From: the human T2T-CHM13v2.0 reference genome, Homo sapiens
Length of the DNA: 64,000 bases
Assembly (NCBI RefSeq): GCF_009914755.1
Contig: NC_060938.1
Strand: one strand, 5' to 3'
Below the pieces are notes generated by a model. It was not told the DNA's origin, made no database searches, and was given only the letters and a program-made list of their open reading frames with translations. Positions 27,798 through 42,601 of this stretch are shown here, piece by piece (position 1 is the first letter of the stretch; each line of letters begins with the position of its first letter). Both the position numbers and the translations under genes were made by a program.

Positions 27798-28678
27798 CAA
27801 GCTCCTTAAGATTTGAGCATTGTTTATCTCTCCAGTTAAGATTTCATCATTCCTTGGAGCTCCCTAACCCTAATTTAATATGAAGTTTACAATTCCTTGA
27901 ATGGTCTAGTCTGTATTATCTCACTGATTAGATTATGCACAGTTCTTTTTTTCTTCAAACAAGTCAACAGTCTTTCTGTTTGCCTATTTTTTATGCCTCT
28001 TTCAGCTCCAGCATTTTATTTCAGAAATTCTACACATCCTCAACCTTCTTTTCTCTATTATTTGAGCCAATAGCAGTTTATGACTGTTTTAAATAGAGAA
28101 TCTATTTTGCTACTGTATGTGTTGTTTTTCTGTTCCCCATTTCAGAGAGTAAGAATTTTGAGAAGAGAAACTCTTATCTTTTAATTTTTATCCCAGAGCA
28201 GTGGCCAAATGACAGAAAATATAACATGAATATATTTTTGAATGAATCAAATGAAGAAGAGCTAGATTTAATTGGGTTATGGAGTTTAAGGAGATGGGTA
28301 AGTAAATAGCACATATTTTGGCTTTTATTTCACAGCCTAAAAGGGTATAAAGATATAGTTAGTCCTTTATTCATGTATTAACATATATAAATATATACTG
28401 TGTTGATTCTGGTTGAAACGGCTGGTTTTAACCTGAAAAATGAATGAAAATTGATTTTAATCTTGGCTCACCAAACTTAGTGAAGATATTTAGGTAGGTT
28501 TTTAAGATCGTGTTTCAGCATGACTTGCAAAAAAGTCTTTTAAATAAAAGTCCTACTCAAATAAACTTTTTTCTTGGTATTTTCCCCTAATTATTCCAGT
28601 TTTTCCAGAAGCTTCTCGTTGCTCTAAAATCTTTATAATTTTCAGTGTACACGTTTGTTCATGGCAACGTTACTCTTC

Positions 28679-28682
28679 ATAT

Positions 28683-28721
<39 letters not shown>

Positions 28722-28967
28722 TTTCGGAGATAGAGTCTACCTCTGTTGTCCAGGCTGGAGTGCAGTAGCATGATCATAGCTTACTGCAACTCTTGACCTC
28801 CTGGGCTCAAGTGATACTCTAACCTCATTCTCTTGAGTAGTTAGAACACAGGTGTGCAGCCATCATGCATAGCTATTTATTTTTTTTAATTTTGTAGAGA
28901 CGAGCCTATGTTTTCCAGGCTGTTCCATAACTCTTGGCCTCAAGCAATCCTCCTGCCTTAGCCTCCC
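28679..28967 (-). mobile_element. AluJ with (TTTA)n tail, 5' end truncated
   Basis: tcctgggctcaagtgat and ttggcctcaagcaatcctcctgcc are AluJ diagnostics. Confidence 0.9.
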
Positions 28968-29919
28968 ATCACATTTTGTCTCTCAAAGCAGAACACATGA
29001 CTGCACATAGATTCCTGTGATCCATGTTTTCATTAAATGGTCTTTGGACTTAAAGTCCTTCAAAGTATGTAATGAATGTGCAACCCTTTTCTGAGTTGGA
29101 GATTTTGCATTTGAATTACGGAGCCAGCTGGAAGACGTATTAAATCAAATTGAACATGATTACTTTCCATTGACTATGTATCAAAATATTCTCTTATGGG
29201 TTATTTATTTTAGCAACGACAGCAGTGAATTATATGTAGAAGAAAAGTTCCTTATACTTTTGTTTCAGATCTTTTAGGTCGTAATCACGGAAGAGGTTAG
29301 CTGTTGTTTTTAAATGACGCCAGCCATGTAATGATGTTATTGCTGCAGAGGAATACTCCTTTTAAGGATGCTGCCTATATTTTTGTTTCACAAATCGTTT
29401 AAATTCATCTACAAATAATAAGCGAGTTAATAAAGTGTATACGGAGAGATGACATATGGAGAGATTTGATATCAAATAATTAGTAGTTATTATTCTTTAA
29501 ATTTTATAAAATCTCTACCAATTAGGAAGTGTGTCTCACAAGATTAGGGGTCCACTATTGCACCCATAGTTAACCCCAAACCCAATTTGTATTTGACACT
29601 GCATACATCCATCTCCTATTTTCACCTTGACTCCTTTGCTAATCTCTATTTTATCATTCTTCTTTCTTTTGCATCTCTTTCCTGTCTGTTCAGAAAATGA
29701 CAACTGTTTTATTATGCTTCTGTGTTTCTTCCTCAATACTGAGGCACTTAAATAAAGTATTTGCCAACTGGGAACACACATAAAAAGACTTGTGCATTTG
29801 ATTTTTAGTCAGTATACATTATGTACACTTCTCCTCCCCCGCCCTTAGACAGTTTAAGGCCATATTTCAAAGATTATTTGTGAATTTGCTAAATGGATCA
29901 GTGTGTTTCATCTGTAAGA

Positions 29920-30095
29920 GTAATTCTCAACACTGAATAAATATTACAATTATCTGGAGAGTATTGAAAATTAATTATGTTTAGATCTGACCCCATAAAT
30001 GTATTCTTAGTTAGTCTAGGGTGTTATCTAGGCATCCAGTTTTAAAAATCTAGTCAGATGATTCTAACCTGCAGTTAAAGTTAGGAGTAATTTAT
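29920..30095. mobile_element. MER5-like hAT MITE fragment
   Basis: ttagttagtctagggtg...ctaggcatc..gttttaaaa...cagatgattctaacctgcag. Confidence 0.5.
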
Positions 30096-30699
30096 CTAAT
30101 ATAAGAAGTCAGATGAAGGTACCAAAGTTGGTCCTTTTTTATTAATAAGGTATTACTTTTTAAGACTTCCCTCACAGAATAATACGTTGAAGGGTTCAAG
30201 GTATACTTAAGTAAATAAAGAGTTTAAAATGATTTTATTTAAATATTTATAAATTCTGGTAGTACTGCCGATATTAAACTTCAGCTTCCTGCATTTAAAT
30301 AATTACAAGATGAACAAAATATATAAAACAACTGTTTTTAGGCATAAACTCCATATTGACCCTGGATTTCTCAGTTAGGGCATTTTTCAAATATACTAGT
30401 GCTAGAAAATAAAGCCCACGCAGAGAATAGCAACCTTGCTGGGCAGTGGAAGCAGAGATTAGAGTTCAGGACTCTCAGACCAATTGAAATTTAAGGGACC
30501 AGGTGGTAGAGAAGCAATTGAAATTTAAGGGACCATTGCAGAGAAGGAGCACAAAAATAATGTGAAAATATTTCATGGCTTCCTTAAAAATCCCTAATCT
30601 GTGTATATGTACTACAAGAACAGCTGCTAGATGGCCAAGGGTAAAACAGAAGTTATAGAGGCCATACAGTGCAGGGGGAGCATTAGAGTTCTTACCAGA

Positions 30700-31560
30700 C
30701 AAATATTCTACATTTTAGTGAATATTCCAGGTGAGCCAAACCCTTTAAGAAAGGACCACACGCTACTTAGGTAGAACCAAATTAGATCCACCCAAATTAA
30801 GCCTGAAAATATGTCTTGATATGTTCCAAGAGATTTAGGGGTAATTTACTACATGCCAGAGCAACAGTAGGTAAAGAAGGCGATGTAATCCAGAAACTCA
30901 AAAACATTTCATACTCAATATCTAACATTAAAATAAAAATACTTAACATATAAAGAAGCAGAACAATTTGACACATTTAATAGTTTATAGTAATTCACAC
31001 AAAGATAATCTGTATGTTGTAGATCATAGACAAAAGTTAAAATTAATAAAAAATTAACATACTAATGACAGTGAGAGAAAAATGGGGTAAATGTAAAAAA
31101 TGTTGAAAATGTCAAGAGTTACAATCTATTAAATATATCAATTGTCTATTTTAAAACTTCAAAATACGTCAACTGAAAACAAATTGGATGGGTTTAATAG
31201 CAGAGTAGAACTAACAAAGACTGGGATTAGTAAACCCAAAGAAAAGACATTAGAAATTTCCAAACTATGGCAAAAAAGGAAAATAAAAACAAACAGTGTT
31301 AGAGAGCTGTGTGGTATAATTAAAAAAAAATCTAACCTATGAGTGATGGAAATATAATAGGGAAAGGAGAAAGATAATGAACGGAAGCAATATTTGAGGA
31401 AAACAAAAGGGCTGAGAATTGTCCATAAAAAAATGTCAGAAAACTCTAATTAGATCAACTTTATGCATAAGAAAATTTAAACATGCCAAGGACAATGTTC
31501 TATAAACCAAAGATAAAGAGGAAATTTGCAAACTAGATTTAGGGAAATGCAACAAAAATA
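30700..31560 (+). mobile_element. Old L1M, 5'/ORF1 region
   Basis: ORF 31142-31342 (KLDGFNSRVELTKTGISKPKEKTLEI...VRELCGIIKKKSNL) resembles the ORF1p coiled-coil/RRM junction. Confidence 0.65.
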
Positions 31561-31880
31561 AATAACTAAACAAGAATTAGAAAGAGATTAGAAAGTAAGA
31601 ATATGTAGTTTCTGTCATCATTCACATTTAGTGACTAGTTTCTTAGTAATATTCTTAATGTTGAAAGTTATAAACATAAATATTAACGTATGTGTATATG
31701 CACAGATATATATACCTACATATGATAAAATATTTGTTTAAGTTGTAAGTATATGTATCTTTAAGTATTAAAAATTATGAGTTTTTGGTGGCTTTCCTGT
31801 TGTGTGTGTGTGTATGTATTTTCCAATCTCCTGAAATAAACATATATTGTCTTTATAATCAGACTTGACAATAAAAGTTT

Positions 31881-32040
31881 ATTTTTCTTATTTTTTGAGA
31901 TGAGGTCTCGCTCTGTCACCCAGGCTGGAGACAGTGGTGTGATTTCGGCTCACTGCAACCTCTACCTCCCAGGCTCGAGCAATTCTCCCACCTCAAGCCT
32001 CCTTAGTAGCTAGGACCACAGGCACAGGCCAACACGCCCA
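31881..32040 (-). mobile_element. Alu right monomer (5'-truncated AluJ or FRAM)
   Basis: Single arm with approximate TSD caataa..agtt.atttt on both sides. Confidence 0.85.
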
Positions 32041-32338
32041 ATAACAAGTTATTTTTGATGACGATATGGAACCATTTTTCTTAATGTTTCCATAAGTCTA
32101 AAGGCAAGAATAATAGGTCAAGTAGAAACAGATTCCTTGGTGAGCTACAGCAGAAATACCTTCAGGAAGGAAGAACTTAACTACAAATGAACATCAAGTC
32201 ACCTAAGTTAGCGGAAGCCTGCCATAAAACATTAGTTCTAACCAGTCTACATTTACTTAAATTTTTCTCAGCTGTTGGTGTACTCTTAGTATAAATGTCT
32301 CTCCAGTCCCTGTACTGCATTCTTCCCAATGTACCTAG

Positions 32339-32667
<329 letters not shown>

Positions 32668-33513
32668 AAAAAGTTGAATTCTTTAAATAGTACATTGACA
32701 TAATCACATCTTGCAATATATTAACTTATGAAATTTTGACATACGAAATTATAAGAAAGGAAACATATAATGAGGAAAAATGTCAATGTTTGAATATGGC
32801 ACAGGTTGTAAGTGCTCATGTCTTTTTTATTCCTATAGTGGTTCATCTGAAACAAATATTTGCATGTTCTAATGAATCCTATCTTTACATTTTTGCGTGC
32901 TCACTTTTGCTATGAGAAGCAGCAGCTATCTCTCTAAGCTATAAAGCTTACTTCCATATCTGTGCTGTCATTTGGGTAATTTTGGAATATACCACAACAA
33001 ATCTCTACCATGGAGATTTTAAAATAATGGCATGGTTGTTTTAAAATAATGGCATGCCTAATATAATGTGCATTTAGAAAAATGAGGATGATGATTAACT
33101 TCATTTTCTGCTCAGCCCGGTTTCCTTTCTTAAGTAGGTATGATTAACCCTCTCCTCATCTGTGTCCCACCCCAGCAGAACTTAAGCATCTTGCATACAT
33201 CATTGATATCTATATTACATTTATATTCCCAGTCTCTCATGTAGTACATAGCATTGAGTAGGGAGTTCAATAAATACTTTTTGAATGGAAAAATATGAGT
33301 TTTATTTTCAACTCAAGTACATTTGATTTTCATCAACATTTACAAAAATAACCTGAAATCAGACCTAGAATTCCAGAGATGCAGGTGTATGTCTTGGGTA
33401 GAACTAGGCCATGGAGATCAGAAATAAAACCAGACTATATCAATCTGCTGGTGAATGATTGGAAGTTGTAGAAAAAACTCACACTCTTTCTGTAAGCTTG
33501 AGCTCATTAATTA

Positions 33514-33885
<372 letters not shown>

Positions 33886-34914
33886 TTATAACCTCATGGC
33901 TGCTTTTAAACTTGAGAGTGACATTAAAAATAGAAAGACAGCATTTTTATTTGTTTCAACTTTTTTTTCTCTAGGCTTTTCAGTAGATAGTAATGAGTTC
34001 AGCTATGAGCATATGTGAAAAACTTGTAGCCAGAGAGGTTTAGCATATAAATTCATTTATACATCAAGTTTATGTCTTATAATATATTCAATTTTAATTT
34101 TGAAAATATCACATATTCTTCACTTACTTTTCTCCTCAGAATTTGCAGATTGACATATAAAATTACTATGTTTCTACTCAAAATACATATATTAAGCAGT
34201 GTATTTATAAAATATTTCCAAAATTTCATGAGATGAATGCAGATTATTTTAGCATATTTCCATTTTAAATATAAATATCAAGACCAAATACCAAGCTTTA
34301 TTTCTCAAAATAAATGTTATTGGCTTCATTTAAATCAGCCGATAATTTTTACATATTTGATATTTAATTCTAAACACTCAATTAATACTCCTTGTAAAAG
34401 TTTTGTTTGTTAAACATTTATAATTTATACAAGCCGCATCATATTTTACGTAATCATATTTTACATGTTTCTTGGGGATTTATCTGAAAGCTTGCAATTT
34501 TGATGATTAGATATGATTCCTGATAAATGTAAAATTTGCGTATAAGGTTCTAATATGGTAGATATTTTTTCATTCTTCCCTTCAATAACCTTCAAATACA
34601 AAACGGACCTATGTGGAGGCAGATTATCACCCTGTAATTTGATATTTGAGTATTCTTTCTTATTCAAATTTGTTTCAATTATTTCTTATTTCTTAAGAAA
34701 TTATTCTTAGGAAAATAAAATTACTGAATTTTATTTTCAGGAATCATTCTTGGATAAAGTGATGTATCGTCTATGAGGTCTTTTGTCACACATCGGAATT
34801 GTAATTTAAATCTATAGATCAGCTTTTCAATGTGAATTTTGTCCGGCCAGCTTTTAACTATCATCTGAAGCAGGTGGAAAATTCTTATCAGGATATAGGT
34901 AGATAGATATAAAT

Positions 34915-35045
34915 GACATACATGTATACATATTTATGTATATATGAGTATGTGTGTATATGCATACACACACCCATACATACCTGTATGTATATATACA
35001 TGCATACACACACACACATAGATAGAAATATGTTATATATGTATC
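34915..35045. repeat. Compound (TA)/(CA)/(TG) low-complexity repeat
   Basis: Alternating purine-pyrimidine dinucleotides. Confidence 0.8.
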
Positions 35046-35615
35046 ATAGATAAATAAATAAATTTCTTAACATTTCTAGATATATACCCTTAGGTACATT
35101 TCGTTACTTGTCTTCTTAAAATATTTTAGCTACTTTATCTGTAAATGTGGATGGAAATCTGTTAATTTGAGAATTGAGTTATAATACATTATCAATGAGA
35201 TAATAATATAGTATCTAGCACAGAAGTCACTCAATAAAGGCTCTTTCTAAAAAGTATTAAACATACACAATTGATAATTCATAAATACAATGATCAAAAA
35301 TAAAAATGTTTTAATACGAATTATAACACAAGCTCCACCCTACATTTTTCAACTAACCTATATACTTACATATATAAATATATAAATGGTACAGATAACA
35401 TCTGAAAATACATGAGCTTTACATTCATTTAGCTATTTATGTCACTGTTTTTAAAAATAAATTATAGAAAAGTATGTGAATTGTTAACATTTATTTATTA
35501 CTGACTTTTCCCCAACTCCCCATTTTAATCAAAAACTGCTTTTGTTTTGAGATAGTTGGGCCTAATATACACCTGAAATTTAATCCCTTAATACATTTTT
35601 GAAAATATTTCTTCT

Positions 35616-35937
35616 GGCCCAATGGGATGGCTCACGCCTGTAATTCCAGCACTTTGGGAGACTGAGGCTGATGCACCACTTGAGGTCAGAAGTTCGAGAC
35701 CAGCCTGGCCAACATGATGAAACCCCGTCTCTGCTAAAAATGCAAAAATTAGCTGGGTGTTGTGATGGGTGCCTGTAATCCCAGCTACCGGGGAGGCTGA
35801 GGCAGAAAAAATAGCTTGTATCCGGGAGGCAGAGGCGGTTGCAGTGAGCCAAGATTGCACCACTGCACTCTAGCTTGGGCAACAGAGAGAGATTCCATCT
35901 TGATATACATATACATACACATACATATATATATATA
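35616..35937 (+). mobile_element. AluS with tail converted to (TACA)/(TA) microsatellite
   Basis: Dimeric Alu to about 35901, then atatacatatacatacacatacatatatatat. Confidence 0.92.
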
Positions 35938-36874
35938 ATTTATTCTACAATATCCTGCCTCCTCTTCCTTAGTTTTATTCATCTTAACTTAGTTTATTGC
36001 ATGAGATGACCAATGAGGCATCTTAACATAATCTTCAGAAATCTACTTTCACCCTTCATTGGCTAGTTAACTTTGGGAAGGTCACTTTGTTGAAACTGTC
36101 TCCTTGTTTGTCAAATGGTGGTATTGTATACGCGCGTTGAAAGTTCTTTTAGTTCTAGAATTCAGGATTTTTGTTCCTATTTTCTGACTTATGGCTGGGC
36201 CACACTCTTTTTTTATCTTTCTTCAAGAGCACATATCTGTCTCTTTAATCATTTAAATTGCCCTTCTCTGGACTTGATTCAATATCTCTGTATCATTTTG
36301 CCTGCTGAGGTGTCTGAGGTTGGCTGCAGGACTCTACATATGCCTGCTGATTTCTAGGATAGTAAGCTCATAAGTCAGAGGCAATGCAAACATAAATCTT
36401 TTGATGGAAATGGTCACTATAAACTTCATATTGATATTCTCTTGTTCCTCCAGCTGTAACTTTCTTTAGTATTTTCTCTTTCTCATATTTTCCTCTACCA
36501 CTTAGACTTATGTCCTATAAAGCCTAAATAAAGATAACATCTTTCCACAATTTCTATCTATGTAACACATTTCAATTCCTCTAGATACTGAATCAATTTT
36601 TAAAATTCATCACAATAATCTTTTTGCTAAAAATGTGCTTCCAAGAAATAATTTTGCCCTTCTATGGTTTTTATAATTCATGGTCCAGTTACGTTTTTAA
36701 TACATGCAAAATAGATCATATTCTACTTGATTTAAATTAATTTAAAATTTAATACATGCAGTTTATTGGCTACAGGAAATTAACTCATTCAGGAAACATT
36801 TCAATTTTTTTTCCTTTATCATAATTAAATGTTAAATCTATGAGGGAAACAGGATGATTAAAAGGGATCAACTG

Positions 36875-38101
36875 CAGCTGAGTGCCAATTAGTGATGGGG
36901 ATATGTTCTGAGAAATGCAACGTTAGGCAGTTTTGTCATTGTGAAAACACCACAGGGTGTACTTACACAAACCTAGATGATATAGCCTACTCCACCCTTA
37001 GGCTATGTGGTATAGCCTACTGTCCCTAGCCTACAGATCTGTATAGCACGTTACTGTCCTGAATACTGTGGACAATTGTAACATCATGGTAAGTATTTGG
37101 TTATCTAAACCTATCTAAACATAGAAAAGGTGCAGCAAAAACATGGTATAAAAGATAAAAAATGGTAAATACCTATATAGGGCACTTACTGTGAATGGAG
37201 CCTGCAGGACTGGATATGGCTCTGGGTGAGTCAGTGAGTGAATGGTGAGGGAATACACAGGGCTAGGACATTACTATAAATTACTGTAGACTTTATAAAC
37301 ACTAGATGCTTTGGCTACATTAAATCTTTTAAATGGTTTTTATCACTTTTTTACCTCATAAACTTTTAACATTTTTTAAAACTTTTTGACTCTTACAAAA
37401 ACGTTTAGCCTAAAACACACACTGTACAGTTGTACAAAAATATTTTCTTTCTTTATATCCTTATTCTATAAGCTTTTCCTATTTTTAAAGTATTTCCTTT
37501 TTTTTAACTTTTTAAACTTTTTTGTTAAATTGATACAATCTTAGCCTAGACCTTCTCAGGGTGAGGATCATATGTATCCCTGTTTTTCACCTCCACATCT
37601 TGTCCCACTGGAAGGTCTTTAGCAGCAATAACACACAACACACATGAAGCTGTCATCTTGTATAACAATGCCTTCTTCTCTAATACCTCCTGAAAACATG
37701 CCTGACGCTGCTTTACAGTTAACATTTTTTCAAATTCTTTTTTCTTTTTTCTTACTCCTTTATTATTTAAAACGTTTATAAGTATAGAAGTGTACTTTAA
37801 AATAATGTTAGAAAGTATAATATAGTAAATACATAAAACAGAAACATTTATTATGAATATTATGTATTGTGTACTATATATAATTGTACATGCTACACTT
37901 TTATACTACTGGCATCACAGTGGGTTTGCTTATACCAGCATCACTACAAACATGCGAGTAATGTGTTGCCTTGCAACATTAAGGAAAACTTTGATGTTAC
38001 TAGGCGACAGGAATTTTTCAGCTCCATTGTAATCTTGTGGGGTCACCATCATATAATGTTGTCCATCCTTGACTGAAACATTGTTATGCAGCACATGATT
38101 G
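36875..38101 (-). mobile_element. Tigger3b-like (Golem) non-autonomous DNA transposon, about 1.23 kb, complete
   Basis: Left end gatggggatatgttctgagaaatgc; right end gactgaaacattgttatgcagcacatgattg|ta, the reverse complement of the Tigger3 TIR. Confidence 0.88.
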
Positions 38102-39339
38102 TACTTAGAAATTGGCAATTCGTTTTAATCTATAAGACATTAAAAATTAAGATTAAAGTAGGACCTAATGAAAGTGATTGAAGAGGGTGCTTTAAATGTA
38201 AGCCATAGTCTAAGAGTTATTGGTGTCTTCATGTTTTCCAAATCATCTCACCAGAGCCCTTCTCTGGACTTTGTACCCAAAGTTCTTATTACTGCTCTAA
38301 AGGGATTTTCGTCTCAGGTATCCTCTGTACAAAGCTATATCAGAAATCTTGGAAAATGGTAGGATGTTGAGCAAGATTCAGATTTTCTTTTGCTCAGCGA
38401 TGGAAATAATTTTATTATAATTAATAAGTTTTATGTTATTTATATATATTACAAAATATAACGTATCATATTTTATTTGGTACCACATAACAAATCATTT
38501 AATTTAGTATTATGTAACAACATCTTGAAAGGTAATATATTAATGCTAATTTGATATTATTTGTCTTTTTTTTTCTGAAAGGCTGTGTCATTACTGAGAA
38601 GCAGTTGTAGAAAAAAGGTTCCTATTCATCATACAATTCACATTCTGCAGATAAAAATAAGCCATGAGAAAAATTACCTAAAATAGAAAATGAAGAGTCT
38701 ATTTCTACTCTTCCTCAATCAATTGGGAATCTTTGTAAAGCTAAATGCATCAAAAATTTCGATAAATTAATCTTTGGTTACCTAAGAAAGTGACAGATGT
38801 TACTGCAAAGTAATCAGTTATTATTCTGAAGAATCATATAAAACAAGTGAAATATACAAAGCTTGCAAAACAGAACATGGAAAACCATTAAATTTATACA
38901 TTAGTTATCATAATAATAAATTTCATATAAATTAAATGAAATTTCCATATTAATTAAATGGAATTCCATTTATATGAGATTAAATTAAATTAAATTAAAT
39001 TAATTAATTAAATCCCATATAAATTTGGGGTCAATACGTGAAGAACTGGAAGTACATTAAATTAACAACCAAAAAAAAGATTGTGTAAAGATTGCATAAT
39101 GCAGTACATTTCCCACTATAACTAAACACCAAAATTATAGTCAAAGAAGAAACAAAGAAGCCAATTTTTCTGGATATCACTGAATTCTAGATTTGATCCC
39201 ATACATAATTTTCCTTAGACTACCACTCTGGATCTTACACATAAACATAAAGCCACAGAAGGTTCAAATGCAGCAATGCTATCTTTCAGGGTTTACTGGA
39301 AATCTTTCTGTTCCTGGAAGTGTTATCATATGGCTAGGT

Positions 39340-39700
39340 AACTAGATGATTGGCCAAAATATATCTCAAATTTAACATATTAACACAAACTCCTAATATT
39401 GAGCCCAAATACCCCTATTCCCAGTACCCTCTTCCTCCTATTTCTACTGTCACAGTCTTCTTCGGAATAGAATAGAAATATTATTTTCCAAAAGAACAGC
39501 ACAAAAACTTTGATGTCATTCTTATCCCCTTATTACATTCCTATGTTTGATGCCTCAGAAAATTTCCCTGGCTTTATCTTCAAAATACGTGCTGTGGTCA
39601 CGTGCTTCTCACCACACCTATCATTAGTATTTATGCATGCAATAACCACTTATCTAGTCTAGATTCTATTATAGTAATCTACTCTAAGTAATCTTATAAT
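39340..39700 (+). mobile_element. L2 fragment
   Basis: atctcaaatttaacatatt...caaaaactttgatgtcattctt...ggctttatcttcaaaata...cttctcacca. Confidence 0.55.
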
Positions 39701-39909
39701 TTTGACCACATTTCTCATCTATATATGTATAATTCTATGTGTGTGTATATATATGTGTGTGTGTAAACACACATATATAATAATATGATATAATAATTTA
39801 TATAATAATATGTAATATAAACACTATATATTATATATATCCAGACATAAAATGTTATTGTTTATTATTATAATATAAATTACATATATATGACTTCATT
39901 GTGATATTT

Positions 39910-40070
39910 AAAACTCTATGTGGTATATCTTATTACTGTCATGCCCAGTTTACATGTAACAAACTAAAACAGAGGGTTTAAATAGATTTCCTATGGTCCT
40001 GTGTCTAGTAAGTGGTCAAACCAAGTAGTTTACATGCAAAATAGGAATTCTTAATGCTTACTGTACATAG
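39910..40070 (-). mobile_element. MIR fragment
   Basis: cccagtttacatgtaacaaactaaaacagagggtttaaatagatttcctatggtc...ctagtaagtgg is similar to the MIR core. Confidence 0.55.
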
Positions 40071-42564
40071 TTCTACAAAAAGATATGTAAATCTATTTGG
40101 TTAACTCAATAAACGCTAATGTAACAACTGCTACATGTATTTGGCACAGTGTGATTGGATACTCAAAGCCATGCGAACTCAGTGGGAAGAATCAGGGACC
40201 TAAGTTTAAGCCAGATTAATCATCTGAATATATTAAATTATAAAATGTTCAATGCAGTATGCTAGTTATTGAACACCACACAATCTCTGACCTCATTTTA
40301 AGTTGACTAGTTGGATCATAGAAAGCTATCACTATAGCAGCTTTTTTAGGAACAAAGATAAATGATTGGAAATTCTGTTCACAATTAGAAATTGTGAACT
40401 ATTGAAAATGTGAAAATAGCTGGGGCAATTCAATAGAAAGAAAAGTGGACTAATGTCTGAAATTGTAACTTATCAAAAATTTTGGAAACCGGTTGAAAAT
40501 TCGTGGTGTGAATTCTTGGCACAACCAGGAAGTTTGACTGGGGTAGGAAGGATATATCGTGTTATTTGACATGTAAGCAGCTGGCACAGAGGTTGACTGA
40601 AGGCAGGCCAGACACAAGCTGTGTGGACAGCTGGTTCAGGGTTTAGCAAAGGTCAGGCTGGCGTCTGGGAAGGTGGTTCTTATCAGGCCACAAAGACCAG
40701 AGATCAGATTTCAAGGCAGTCAAAGAAGGATTCAAGACTAGCAAAGAATTAAGCAGCTAATTACCTGAAAGAAAAGGTACTCTAAATTAGTCAGAAACAT
40801 TTATTCTATGAGAAGTAGTTATTTTCTTTTTTTGAGAAACTGTTAAGTAGGACGGCTAAGTGGCTACTCAGTGGCCATGTGGTTTTCTAGGACTAAGAAA
40901 TTATATAAGAAAAATATGAAAATTAAGAAGCTATAGCCTTTGCATTAAAGATTTTAGAGTCAGTCGATAGTCACAGAATTTGAAATACCTAATCAAATGA
41001 AAAATTTAGAATTATGAAAAAAGTACAAAATAAAAAAGAGAGCAGCTAATTGGTAAAATCAGGACAAGGAGCACCATGTTTTAGGATAAATGGACTTCCA
41101 ATAATAATTATCCTGGAAAAGGTCTTTCTGGGAAAAAGAATGAATAAGAACAACAACAACAAAGTAGGGCATATTTGGCAAAACTTGAGAAGCTTGTGTC
41201 AGGTTTTAAGTATGCAAAATAAAATTTTTTTTAGAAGTTTATTTCTCTACAGATTTCATTTAGAATTCAATCTGTCTTCAAATTCACTTCCATCTCAGAA
41301 TTTATAACTTAGAGCAGGAATATTTATAATGAAAACCTGATGGTCCTAAGAAAGCCACATTAGTAGCCAAGAAGGGTGAAACTGAGTGTCTCAGAGAAGA
41401 TTCAGAGGAGCTGAGTCCTGTACCAATTCTAACTTCAAGAAGCATAAATAGAAGAGAATAAAGGCTTTGGCAGTGAAAGGATAAAGCTAGATATAACGTA
41501 TCTATTGCCATAGAATGACTCAGTTTGACTCTAGAAGCTTTCACATTTGACATGCTCATTTGATTTCGTGAGGTATTAAATCAATAAAGTTTCTAAGAGG
41601 CAGCAGATGCTTTGAATTTCCTATATATGTTCCACCTTCAGTGCCTCCAACTTCAGTGTCTTCAGCCCTGCCATAGTTTTACTATATTCATTTATCAGAC
41701 AACACCAATTCTTTTTGATGCTATGGGTGAGATCTTGGCTACCTTAGAATGACAGTATCTGCAATGAGAGAGTTCCTTAAGAATCCTTAAAACTATACTA
41801 TTTCACAGCCCAAAGCGGTCACTTAGAATTGTTGATGGGCAGCGTTTTGAATAAATCTGTTACTAAAGTAATGAAAAGAAACTTGTGATTTGAAAACCAC
41901 AGGAAGAGATGATTTGTGCTTCCTCTTTCTTTTCAAGTGTTCTTTCTCATTTATACCTGTGCATGACTTTAAAATACTTAGTAATTTAGATCTCAGTAAA
42001 AAGAAATACCACCTATTTAGTATAGGTAGATTATTGACTAATTTACATGTTTACTCATGCCATTTGAAATTATTTCTAAACCAGAATTTTTATCATCCAG
42101 AGTAATTCTAGAAGATTTCACAAAACTAATCTCAATATTTGCCGAGAGATAAATAAAAATGCAGTTTATTTGTTATCTCTCCTATGGATGTTAATTTTGA
42201 GCTTATACAAATGATTAATGGCATCGCTCAGATAAGAGAGGAAATACATTTCTATCTCTGCAGTAATCATCTTACTGCTAAAATGAACAACTGATTTTGT
42301 TTCAAAACAAAATTAATGGGAATTAAGGAAATATATATGAATATAGGTCCCTTAACTAATAAGGCTTCCCTCTCTTTCACGTGAGGGTTTTTTTTCTTGA
42401 AAGACTCAGATGGACTTATAAATAAGTTTCACCATTTTATTAATTGTGGGCTTTTGTATATCCAGTTGTAGGCAACGTGTAACATTCTTTTACACAGGTT
42501 ATTTTTAAAGTGTTTGCTTCATGTACTTTCAGAATCTCATCTTTGTTTTCATGACCTCTTGTTC

Positions 42565-42565
42565 T

Positions 42566-42601
<36 letters not shown>

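Noticed and set aside
30481-30535. Repeat-spacer-repeat pattern reminiscent of CRISPR
   Set aside because: Only two copies, related spacers, primate DNA and no cas genes.
39720-39890. TA-rich quasi-palindromic tract
   Set aside because: Ordinary low-complexity (TA)n/(TG)n sequence without complex arms.
40377-40399. 10-bp hairpin gttcacaatt-aga-aattgtgaac
   Set aside because: Too short and AT-rich to be meaningful alone in 64 kb; not a terminator in this context.
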